From positions 18,104,001-18,168,000 of the forward strand of contig OZ249438.1 of the NCBI GenBank assembly GCA_965235115.1: a stretch of DNA of 64,000 nt, in the 5' to 3' direction. How positions within the stretch are numbered: the stretch's first letter is position 1; the number at the start of each line of letters is the position of its first letter. Under the pieces are notes generated by a model. That model worked only from the letters and a program-made list of their open reading frames with translations. It did not search any database and had not been told where the DNA came from. Positions 52,455 to 64,000 of this stretch are shown here, piece after piece. This DNA is from Laetmonice hystrix (Eukaryota). The position numbers and the translations under genes are program-made.

Positions 52455-55113
52455 AGCGGTGCTGGGTGGTAGTGGTGCTATACCTGCTACCATGCACAGG
52501 TCGCCCCTGTTAACTACTTGATGGGGTGCAGGTTTGCATTTACACAGTACAGCCTGCCGACTTGGCCGAGCACCGACACCCAACCCCTCCTCACAAATCT
52601 GGGGCATAATGGGCCTCCCTACCCCAGCCCCCTGGGGACTAACCTAGAATACAAGACCACTGCAGGGCCCTAGTAATTGATTGAGTTAGCACGACACCTT
52701 CTGACAAGTTCACAACGGCACTCCAATCACAACCCAGAACGGTACTCCCAAAATAATCCCGTATTCATTAATACAGCTGAGGGTACCAGCATACAGCTAC
52801 CAATCTACCACAAGTGGGGAAGTCACCCCGAAAATACTTTGATAAAATCTTGATGGCATAAAAAAAATAGAGCCCCCATTTAAATAAAAACTATCTGACA
52901 AGTGTTGAGATTTTGACATTCGGGTAACTTTAGGTTAAATAAACTTTTAAAAAGTAACTCAGTGTTACATATCAATGGCTGAGACCAGCTGAAGAAGCCT
53001 GGCCAATGGTTGTCACAAACTGTACATGTAGCTTGTATCCGTGTACATTACACGCCTGTATCATTCAATTACTGATCGCTCGTCGTCACACTGTAAATCT
53101 CCAGGTATAGGCCCATGTCGTGACGTATTCCACAGGTAGAGCGGTTTACCTGGCCCGAGTAACCCTCACGTCGACACAGGTGGCGACCACACACCCTGCA
53201 CCCTCTTTAGTCGTGCCACGCCCTCGTGGCTCCCACCCCATCACCAATCCCTGTACCATTACACCTGCAGCAAACCATTTATCGCCATATAAAAGCGCTC
53301 TTGTAAACAAACTCCCATTTCTATACTACTGCCTTTTATGCCTGCCGGGGACTGTGACAGTGATAGGCTTCTCTTTATCTTTGAAAGTACTACCAGTGGT
53401 AGATGTGAGACCACAGGCCACGGGTATTCACGGTCCGTGCCACGGCAAATCGTTTGGTGCACTTGACCCTGGACTTGATGGAGGGGCCTACTGTAAGTAT
53501 AGAGCCGGGCAGACTGGTGGCAAGACTGGCTTCCATCACTACCACCAAACACTCTCTTCTTGAACAGACTAACATAACAGGTCCCCAATATGTTTTCCAC
53601 GTTTTTCCCGCTGTGTTTTGGTAACTTGTTTTAGTACTTGGTCCCTTAACCTACGCCGAAGCACCCATTTTGCTGGCGGCATGTGGGCGCAGGGAGCTGA
53701 TGAGTGACTGGCGGACCCGAGGAATAAGTCCCGCGCCCAGGCTGGGCGCAGGCTGCGCCCCCGCAGGCTGGGCACATAGTTTGGCAGGTCGGATTATGAT
53801 GCGCACCACATTGGCGCACTGGGCGCGTGTTTTCATTTGTGCTGCAATGGTGTACTAGTGGTGATGGTGGTGGAGCCAGCAGTAGTGGTAGAGTTGATGG
53901 TGCTGAGGTTCAAAGCCAGCCGGTTCCACCCACCTCCCCCTTCCCATCCAGCAAAATGAGAACCTTCTGATAACAAAGCTTTTTTTATCGATCCCAGTGT
54001 TACAGGTCAAAATAAACACACAGCAAACTTCTCTTTACATTTTTTTTATCACATGCACCTTGGCAACCGCACGAGAGTAGGTTTAATTTTGTTTGGACTA
54101 GTGATGTCCAACGCAAGCACAACTGTCAGGACAAGGAATTGCCACCAGTGTCGTCATGCGGTAAGAAGACGGTAGCACCTGCTAGGTAATCATTCAGTGT
54201 ACGGTGCCACTGGGTGCCTATACCTACACGAGGTTTGTGGTGACGCCACTACCTCTAGTATCCAAGCCAATCGTGACAACTCCAAACAAAAGTAGGGCGC
54301 GTAATCTGACTACCGGATCAATGTACTTGACCCACTGCTTTATGAAGCTGTGATATTATGTCCCATAACTAGGCCGAGGAGGAGAGGGGGGGGCTTTACC
54401 GGGGATTTTGGCGCCGACCAAACGTCAGTCTTACTTTGAAGGGAATGTTAAACACGATAATGTACAAAGAGGATTCAAATATCCGATTTTGCAAGGAAAT
54501 ATACCCAAAATGAATGAGGGATCAGTCATTGTTACTAAAACTGTACTTAGCACAATTGGCTAAGGAAAGAGCACTCCTTACAGAGTGATTGCTGATCCCC
54601 GTTTGTGTGTTCCTGACTATTGGGATACTGCTACCGTCTGTTAAAGTGATGTCAGAGTTGTATAATGTGAAACCTCCTTTAACTACCACTATATACATAA
54701 TACATGTACACATTAGAGCCCGAGGCTATGCAGAAATTAGCCGGTTTGCCATATTCTGTTTTCGGATTGACTAATGTGAGGTTGTAACTTGTATGTGCAG
54801 TCATTAAACCCACATCCCTGATAGTTTCTCGACCATGAAGGATTCTCACCTGTAGACCAGGTATATGACAGGTGTACCCGATGCTGTACCCGATTCAATA
54901 CTTGACGTGCCCCATTCTGTACCACCCCTCCTAGGGTGTGGCAAGGCTGACAATAGATACACCCTCCTCCTAATCAATTAGCTATCTTTACCTCGCAGGC
55001 ATATTCTTTAATTAATGACAGATACAAATATTGTAGGAAAATTAGGCGTATTTAACTATTGGCCTCATGATCTCATTATTTTAATCAAGAAACTAAATTA
55101 CAAACTCCATATT

Positions 55114-55560
55114 TTAGCACTCCGGTGTCCTACCAACACCTATGTTAGCACTCCGGTGTCCTACCAACTACCTATGTTAGCACTCCGGTGTCCTACCAAC
55201 TACCTATGTTAGCACTCCGGTGTCCTACCAACTACCTATGTTAGGTCTCCGGTGTCCTACCAACTACCTATGTTAGCACTCCGGTGTCCTACCAACACCT
55301 ATGTTAGCACTCCGGTGTCCTACCAACTACCTATGTTAGGTCTCCGGTGTCCTACCAACTACCTATGTTAGCACTCCGGTGTCCTACCAACTACCTATGT
55401 TAGCACTCCGGTGTCCTACCAACTACCTATGTTAGGTCTCCGGTGTCCTACCAACTACCTATGTTAGCACTCCGGTGTCCTACCAACTACCTATGTTAGG
55501 TCTCCGGTGTCCTACCAACTACCTATGTTAGCACTCCGCTGTCCTACCAACTACCTATGT
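55114..55560. repeat. Minisatellite, 31-32 bp unit AGCACTCCGGTGTCCTACCAACTACCTATGTT, about 14 copies
   Basis: Direct reading. The variant AGGTCTCCGG is interspersed with AGCACTCCGG. Confidence 0.97.
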
Positions 55561-58444
55561 CAAATAGAACCAGCCTGACACTATACTGACTGCGTGTGAC
55601 TTGGTGTGTGAACTTGAGTAGATTTCCATAGAACAGATGCCAAACGACATTTCATCACCGTCCTGCACTCACTGTGATATATACATGATTCAATATACAC
55701 ATTCACAACATGCCAGTCTCCCTCATCAGCATAAAAAACATATCCAACATGTAAAAATAAGAAAAGTTTCAGCTTTATGATGAAGAAATCAGAAATACCC
55801 TGGTAAACGAAATAAACCTGACAATCCTAAGTAAATGTTCTTCTACCTGCCAGCCCTGGTGAGCTACATTATCAGTTACACCAACAGTGACTTTCCTGGT
55901 AGAAGACCCCACCCCGCCCCCGTCTGGACTCCTGAGGCCCCTCCGCCGATACACCAGTTCTATACGACATTGTCAGCATACTCCGTGAAGGAAGGTCCAG
56001 ATGTGGCGAGCACCACCGCTCCATCTCTTGTTTATTCACGTCCATATCTGTGAATCCACTCTGAATCCCATGTCGAGGTTATTATCCGCAGATCATTCCC
56101 ACCACGTCCAAACTCAGTCTACAGAGTATTATTAGATATCACTGCTCGACCGCAGGCAAACAACCCGCTCTACTCTCTATAGGTAAATTATGAACACTGT
56201 CTTGGTATCAGCTGGAGCGTCAGGACCAATTTTCGTTCACTTTTCACGACCTTTTGTTGAAAGAATAATCTCAGCCGATGCGCTGGGCGCTCACTGACTG
56301 CTCTAGATATTATGACTTGGGAAGCTTCCAAACTGTCACCCTACAGCAAACACTTCAAGTTTTTAGAAATCTACGTCGCCCACTCTGACCCTCTGTACTC
56401 CGTATAAAGTTTAATTATTAACTGTATACTGGTAAATGGCAGGGTCACTGACATCTGTTAAACTCTGTAAAAACCTTACCCCGTACATGATTGCTTAAAG
56501 GCACATCGGTATCTATGCCAATGAAACACTTCACAACTCTGGTATTATAAAACATCTAAATCAAGTCGACACACATAACTCTGGGCGTGAACTGGGGAAG
56601 GCGGAGATGAAAAGGATCACTGGTACTTGACTTCAACTGTATGTGTCTGTATGTACACGCTCAAGCTTTCTTTCTCTTCTTCAACAAAAATAACCCTCTA
56701 CCTTTCCTTCTGAATATACAAACTCAGTCACCTGGCATCTATACAGATTAACACATACTTGTATGACTGGCTAGCCTGATGCCTGCCACCTAATATATCC
56801 TACTCGTCCATCATAATCTGACATGTTATTCTACCTTGGCTTCCAGAGCACGCAAGGTTGTGTAGTCGCAACTACCGGTACCCATACATGTTTCAGTCAC
56901 CAGGCACATTGGTCATCAACTTCAAGACGGAATGCCCCGTGGGATAGCCGGTATGGCATCACATGGTGCGCCATGCATGACTACCTTCACATGTCAGCAG
57001 AACTTACGCTCTCAAACATCATTTGCTTTGAGAACTTTTTATCCAGTTTATTTGCTTTTGACAAAAAACAAAAGGACGGTATACATACAAACGTCTCTGT
57101 CACATCAGTTGCTGTAATTCCATCCTTCTTCTATTCTAGATAGACAGGAAACTATCTGATAACGTTTTTCTCCCGAGGAAATATTTGCCTCATTTTTTGC
57201 GCCGTGCGGAGGGCTGTGAGATTAGCGAACCACCGCCTGAGGTCGGGGCGGCCAGGGTTTGTCTTGAACGCCTTCCCTAAGTCAGACTGCATTATTTCAA
57301 GCAGACCCTGAGAATCATCTCTATTAGCCAGGTTAGAAGTCTTCACTATCTTAGGTCAGACCCGTTTTAGCCGGTCCATTTGTCAGGCTACAAGTCCAGA
57401 TTAGTGGTGGGCCCTTCAAAACGTCTTCTTCAGTCACCCTCTAAGTCCACGTTATATGAGCTGAGGTCCAACTGAGCCTCTCCATTAGTAAGCCCAGTGG
57501 CCCACATTATATTTGACCATGTCCGTCACAACTCCTTCATTAGTCACATTCCATAAGTGGGCTAGGTGCACATGGATATCTTTACTGTGCACACCATATG
57601 GGGTTAGGCCGATGAGAACCTCTTCTTTAGAAACGGCAAAAGACTTTACTATGAGTGGGCAGGTCCGCAAGAACCTTTCCACAAGACTTACGAGACCATC
57701 AATATTTTGAGGGAGATGAAATCCAATGCTGATTCTTAATCCAACCCGTGTGGGAAGCTGTCATTTTTGCCACTGTTGACAGCTTATTTCTTTAGGGACC
57801 CGTACGTTTCCCCATAAAGAATAAATACTGTGGTATCCTATGGTTTCCCGGGCTCGTCTCATCTCCCGTCTCCCACGGGGCCACACCCAGGGAGGTCGTC
57901 GTGAGGGGTGTGAGACTGTCGGGGGAGGGGGTTACTGATACCACCCCAGCCACCTACCCTTACTCCACCAGTGATCCGCCATTCATGGTGTAGGTGTCCC
58001 AGAGAATACACCCCAGACATGGAGGTCGGCCTGCTGACAGACTGCACGGTCAGATCGGAGGTGGTTTCATTCATTCACAGACTGGAGGTTCTCCAGCGGC
58101 GTCACGTACACGCCTCCCCAGCCCGGCCCCCGGGAGAACCCAGTCAGTGTTTATGACCAGACCGCGTCCATACCCCTCCCATCCTCACTTGCCACGTGGA
58201 TCATATATTGACCCTAATATATGCCCTGCCCACCTGAGGTGATGTCACATAGATCTTCGACACAGACTAATGGACACCATGAAATACGGCCACCTGTAGC
58301 CGGTCTAACGTGCTCAGAATGGGGGTCACCTCACGTAATAAAGCTTTACACATTACATGTATTTGGCTCACTAATCTCAAATGTAACGGATTTATAAAAA
58401 GAGCGTTACCTTCCGCTCTCCTCAGGAGGATGTCAACCAGTTTC

Positions 58445-59400
58445 CATGCCCTGGAGTACCTTTCTCTGCCCGGGAGGAGGTTCTGCTGGTGGAGGACCAC
58501 CATGCCCTGGAGTACCTTCCCTCTCCTGACAGACCTTTCTCTGCCCGGGAGGAGGTTCTGCTGGTGGAGGACCACCATGCCCTGGAGTACCTTCTCTCTC
58601 CTGGCAGACCTTTCTCTGCCCGGGAGGAGGTTCTCCTGGTGGAGGACCACCATGCCCTGGAGTACCTTCCCTCTCCTGGCAGACCTTTCTCTGCCCGGGA
58701 GGAGGTTCTGCTGGTGGAGGACCACCATGTCCTGGAGTACCTTCCCTCTCCTGGCAGACTTTTCTCTGCCTGGGAGGAGGTTCTGCTGGTGGGGGACCAC
58801 CATGCCCTGGAGTACCTTCCCTTTCCTGGCAGACCTTTCTCTGCCCGGGAGGAGGTTCTGCTGCTGGGGGACCACCATGCCCTGGAGTACCTTCTCTCTC
58901 CTGGCAGACCTTTCTCTGCCCGGGAGGAGGTTCTGCTGGTGGAGGACCACCATGCCCTGGAGTACCTTCTCTCTCCTGGCAGACCTTTCTCTGCCCGGGA
59001 GGAGGTTCTGCTGGTGGAGGACCACCATGCCCTAGAGTACCTTCCCTCTCCTGGCAGACCTTTCTCTGCCCGGGAGGAGGTTCTGCTGGTGGGGGACCAC
59101 CATGCCCTGGAGTACCTTCCCTCTCCGGGCAGACCTTTCTCTGTCCGGGAGGAGGTTCTGTTGGTGGAGGACCACCATGCCCTGGAGTACCTTCCCTCTC
59201 CTGGCAGACCTTTCTCTGCCCGGGAGAAGGTTCTGCTGGTGGAGGACCACCATGCCCTGGAGTACCTTCCCTCTCCTGTCAGACCTTTCTCTGCCCGGGA
59301 GGAGGTTCTGTTGGTGGAGGACCACCATGCCCTGGAGTACCTTCCCTCTCCGGGCAGACCTTTCTCTGTCCGGGAGGAGGATCTGTTGGTGGGGGACCAC
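58445..59400. repeat. Minisatellite, 75-bp unit, 12 full copies (58501-59400) plus one truncated copy
   Basis: Unit CATGCCCTGGAGTACCTTCCCTCTCCTGGCAGACCTTTCTCTGCCCGGGAGGAGGTTCTGCTGGTGGAGGACCAC, which is stop-free in several frames. Confidence 0.97.
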
Positions 59401-62400
59401 GAGGATGTATCACCTTATCTCTCTAGTTTCTCACAGTGTCCTCCCTCTCGGCAAACCTCCTGTGTCTCAGTTACCATGCCCACCTTCACTTACCTTACCC
59501 AAAGCCTGATTGCCCTGGAGCCTGTCTTTCACCACACCCGCACTCAACCCATCTGGCTGACCGAGGCGGTAACCTTGGGACAGTCCTTTCACCACCCCCT
59601 GCCCGCATCTCTCGACAGTCTACATAATGATGAAAGGTTACCCCCAGGTGTACGCCAGCTGACCGACACCACCGGTCTCGGAACCACGCCCTCTCGTGTG
59701 GCGCCAAGTCACCACTCCCTGACCTTCTCCTTGACCTCACCGTAACCCTACTGCTCTGGTCAGGCCAATGAACGATATCATCCCAGGATTGAAAAATACC
59801 TCATAGACATTATAGTAGTTGAATAAGTTACATTTTGCGTAGTAACTTATCTAAACTCAAAACTAGCTACAATGACTATGACGGAGAATGTGAAGAATAA
59901 TAACGTAGCGTCATGCCAATGAGGACAACTTTAGCGCCGCTCTAAAACAGAGTGTGAACCCCATCATTCTTTAACTTCTTTTTATTATCTGACTACGTTT
60001 GACTTGTTCCAGTAATGTAGCTTTTGATATTCCTGGTAGAGATTTATCTTTTTCCATTTCGTAATAAAACAACTTTATTGTGGCTCCAAATGACGCGTGG
60101 CGTGAATCAGGCCTTCCTTGATGTGTTGCCTGCCCTGCACAATGTCCTATTTTCAGCTCTTTCCTGATGTTATCGGACTCGCCGCAATCAGTCTTACCGT
60201 TCGATTGTGAAGTGAGTCTCTGGGATACATGTCAACTTGCGTATAATACTCTATCTAAACAATTCTATCTATGCAAGGGATTAAAAATCGAAGCAATTCT
60301 CTAGGTAGATGGGGCGTCTGGCGTTACGACAGGGCTTGACTGGTGGCTGACTGAGCCCTGGCGCCTGTTCAGAACATTAAACGAATGCTGCAAGTAAAAT
60401 GTCTACACATGACGCTTTCTAAACGTTTGTTTCGTATTGCGCACGGTGTGCGTGTCATAAAGAGACGTCCTTGACATCTTAGACCGGCCGGGCCAGCGAG
60501 CAGGTATAGTCGCATGTTCCGTCTGGTATAACCTAGGTTCTATCGATTACCTATAGTACGCACAGGGGTGACTCAAGGACCAATACAACATCGAAGCTTT
60601 GATCTATTTGGAATCAGGAGGAAACAAATCAGCTTTGATGAGCCAGACAATGCAGAATTCTCCTTTGTACCTATACCAGACTGAGGTATGCAGCAGTCAG
60701 TAATGAACTGTCCTTCAGAGAGGTTCCCTGTTCAATTCTACTGCCACGTTTTGTGACCGGGCTAGTACTAGTAAACGTCGATGTACGACCACTGGAAATT
60801 AGTCTCATATTCAGGAATTGTCCCCCCAGAGTACGATTGGCTGAATTGTACTTCTATAGACGGCGTTCAGATGCCGGTTAAAGTCTAGGTTAAAGTTATG
60901 ACTACGGGTAATTTAACAGCCAACATATGTATATTATGGCCTCACAATTTTGAGATGAAGCTTAGATCAGAGAATTACGGTAATTTCTTTTTAATCGCAC
61001 TTACTTTTGGTAACCTGGATTCGTCACTCCGGTATTTTACGTCAGTGAAAAGCACTTCTCTGAAGTCTGCTCAGAAGCCATTTCTAAACAAGTAGTTTTT
61101 TACCTCCCTCGTGCATCTTTGCAGTAAAGCCATACGCTTTTGTTTACTAAATGAGGTCATTGAAGCCTTATACTAACATTACTGAGAAACGGTGCGGCCT
61201 CTTTACCTACAAGTGAAACAGTACTTTCCTCGCATTGTCTCCATGAAAAGAAAAAAGTTTGCATTTCCAAACAAAATAGCGGTATTTTTTCCACTTCAAA
61301 ACATGTCTTAAGTATCTTCCACGGAATCTCAGCCTTTAGCGGAATCCCACCAACAACATTCTCGTACATAGAGCTAGCTAGTCTAAATCATGAAGTTACC
61401 CGAGTCGGACACTATTAACTATGAAATGAGCCCATATACCCATCACCCCAAGAGGTCCTCCTCACACAGCCGCCTACCGACTGCCTGTTGCTACTATAAG
61501 CCGACGCTTGTGATCCCCTTTTTTCCCCTTTCTTCCCCTTCTCCCCTCCTTTTCATCTTTATCCCACCCTGACAATTATATATTGCTGCCATTTATTAAG
61601 GACGGTGGGTTTGGTGGGGCGGGAGTGATGTGCATGCTTCAAGGCCATGGTTCAGACATAGATAAGTTTGACCGAACCATGTAGCCCTGGCAGGTTTTGC
61701 AACCAAAGCCCCCACAGCAAGGTAGGTACCAACGTTTAACATAGAGAGCCTGGGGTCGAGGCAGTAACATCAGTAACATTAACCACTTAGGTTCCCGTCT
61801 CCACTTCCTAAGTCGTGCCACATTCAGTGAGGCTTACAGTCAGCGCCCCCTCCCTATATCCGCTCCGGGTTGGCCGGGGTATGGCAGCCTTATCACACCC
61901 TCTAGGGGTGAAGCCCCACGCCTGTTCCTGTTATAGGCGACCACGTCTCAGTGTATACAATCAAAAATTCGCAAGAACGGCCAATCTGTGGAGGCTCCTG
62001 TTGGCAGAAATATTCTGGGCAGAGCTGATGAACCTAGTTCACCCTCGTGAATCAGGAACGACTTACCACTAGTCGGGCGGCGGGGATGACGTTAGTTTTC
62101 TCAACCTTTGTAGATCGATTGACGTGGCAGATTATGTCCCTTTGTAGGAAGCCCATTTAAAAGCATCATAATTTTGGTTGTACTATTTTTACTCCGTCCC
62201 TTTTCCTTTGATTTAGTTTCCACGTCATTTCGATTTGTGTTGGTGCGTACTGTGTTGAGTACTGGCCCGTCGATCAGACACCAGCCTTTATATACAAACA
62301 CCTGCCCGCCCGTCTCACTCCAGCCAATACACCGTCTCTACCTGCACCTTCTACTGGCTGCTGTCAGTCAGTCAACCTGCAAACTGGGCAAGCTTTGCCG

Positions 62401-64000
62401 CACTGGGAACTACTGCATCACCGCTGTCAAGCTGTAAACTTGACAAGAGTGTACTCACAATTAGTCTGTGAATCAGGCATACAATCTGCAGAAAGAGACT
62501 CCTTCTTTAATACCTTACTTAAACATTATCGTAAATCCATGGTGTTCCTGGGACACAATGTCCCTCTGCACGAGGACAACCCTCTAAGTGGTACCTCAGC
62601 CAATTCTGGCTTTCATCTTCTGGTTCTGAGAGGGCCGAAACTTCACTCTAAGCAACATTTCATGAAGGCTTTCATCAAGTGTGGCAATACTTCTTGTGCC
62701 TGTACCAGACACCTAAAACACATGTCTCATTTCCTTCTCTACGCATTAGCAGCTGAGGTTTTACAATTTGACTACAGCGGCTCGATCACATTATCCTCTA
62801 TAAACCTGATTAACACAATCTCATTGTGCAAGTAATCCTCCCTCTATACAGTAACTAATAACTTAGATCCATTATGAATAATATGGAGCATATTTTGTAC
62901 TTCAGGATATAATTGCTTAATTTGCCATTCTAACATGGTTACGCAGTCCCAAATGGTCCATGTCTAATCTCTTTCTCAACTTTACAACCTTGTTATATCA
63001 GTTTATTGTATCAGGAAGAGACCTTTTTATCCAACTGAATCCTTATGAAAGATTAAGCGCACTTTGAGGCTCCTCCCTGACCCGGTCGTTTCTTTTCTGT
63101 GGGAATGCCTTCAATAATTGGGAGTGGCAGAACAATTGTGGGAGCCCGCTGCCGAGGGCTGCCCGGTTAGCTCCAAAGGCACAACCCGGCGGCCGGCGGG
63201 CCCCGGTCTCCATGCTCCCCTCGCATCAATCACAATTCATTTCAAATTGTTCTGTCAACATTTACAATGTGCTGATAATGGATATATCATTTTCAGTGTT
63301 TGCTGTGGGGTTCTACTGTTTCTCAGCACGACTTCCAACAGAAAATAGCTCCAACATTGGTTTTAAATCCAGTAAAGAAATAATCAAAAAAAATAGAGCT
63401 TACTCACCGGGATCTGGTAACAGTCAACATTTTCACTTCAAACATAGGATGTTGTGTGAAAACTACGGTAGCCATGGCATCTCCCCAGCGGGGCCATATA
63501 TTTACTTTACCTAAGGTTTCAAATCATAGAGTTTCTAGCAGCGAGTACAAAGTCGTTATTCTACCCTGTGAATGTCCCTTATGTAGTTCACATAAGTCAC
63601 ACTTAACTTCCATTTCAGTGCGTTTTTTAGTTCGTTCTTCTGAGTAATTCAAGAGCACACAAGTGAACCATGCAAACCTATCCAACTTGGGATTCAATAT
63701 TTCAAGGCCTTGTAAAAGCATTAAGTCCCTACAGTGGATTTTATAGTGGGCTAGACTTAAGGAGATCCTCACACCCTTCCTCATATTGGCCCGGTGTGTT
63801 TGTCCCCCAGCTTAATGAAGATGATGAGATGAACTCGCCTCTTAATGACATTCTACTAAGGCTCTGTCAATAGGGCAACTAATGGCGAGGACCGGCCCCT
63901 AAGGGTGTGTCTAGATTAGGTCTCTTCTTACGTTTTACATGTAGGAGGGGAAATCTAGACCGAACAATCAGGTGACTGGAAATACTTCAGACGGCCATCG

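Noticed and set aside
61639-61821. CKTCQGYMVRS resembling the nuclear-receptor P-box (CEACKAFFKRT)
   Set aside because: It lacks the upstream CxxC at the required spacing, the HYG motif and usable splice sites, so it is not the missing DBD exon.
62395-62835. 146-aa plus-strand ORF (also the 155-aa ORF at 44455-44922)
   Set aside because: No recognisable domain. A few ORFs of this length are expected by chance in six frames of 64 kb.
50806-64000. Search for the hinge (RVRGGRQKY) and zinc-finger exons
   Set aside because: None was found by reading. They presumably lie beyond the window end.

Overview
This is animal (metazoan) genomic DNA, not a prokaryotic locus. It has no CRISPR array, rRNA, intact tRNA or intact transposase/RT gene that I can support. 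The one firmly supported gene is a minus-strand NR3 (estrogen-related-receptor-like) nuclear receptor. Its last three coding exons (50805-50644, 17526-17254, 8874-8627) splice in frame through GT-AG phase-1 introns of about 33.1 kb and 8.4 kb to give a complete, divergent ligand-binding domain ending in AF-2 (LLSEML). The DNA-binding and hinge exons lie beyond the window. The rest is mainly intron. It holds at least 11 unrelated minisatellite arrays (18-75 bp units, about 7.7 kb or 12% of the window by my boundary estimates), three inverted-repeat MITE-like elements, a Helentron/HINE-like element, microsatellites, CTCF-like motifs and several unidentified degenerate coding-like remnants. Almost all long ORFs in the supplied track are artefacts of stop-free repeat units. 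The most interesting signals are the unusual ligand-pocket residues of the receptor and the architecture of the intronic repeats. I found no convincing novel multi-gene system.
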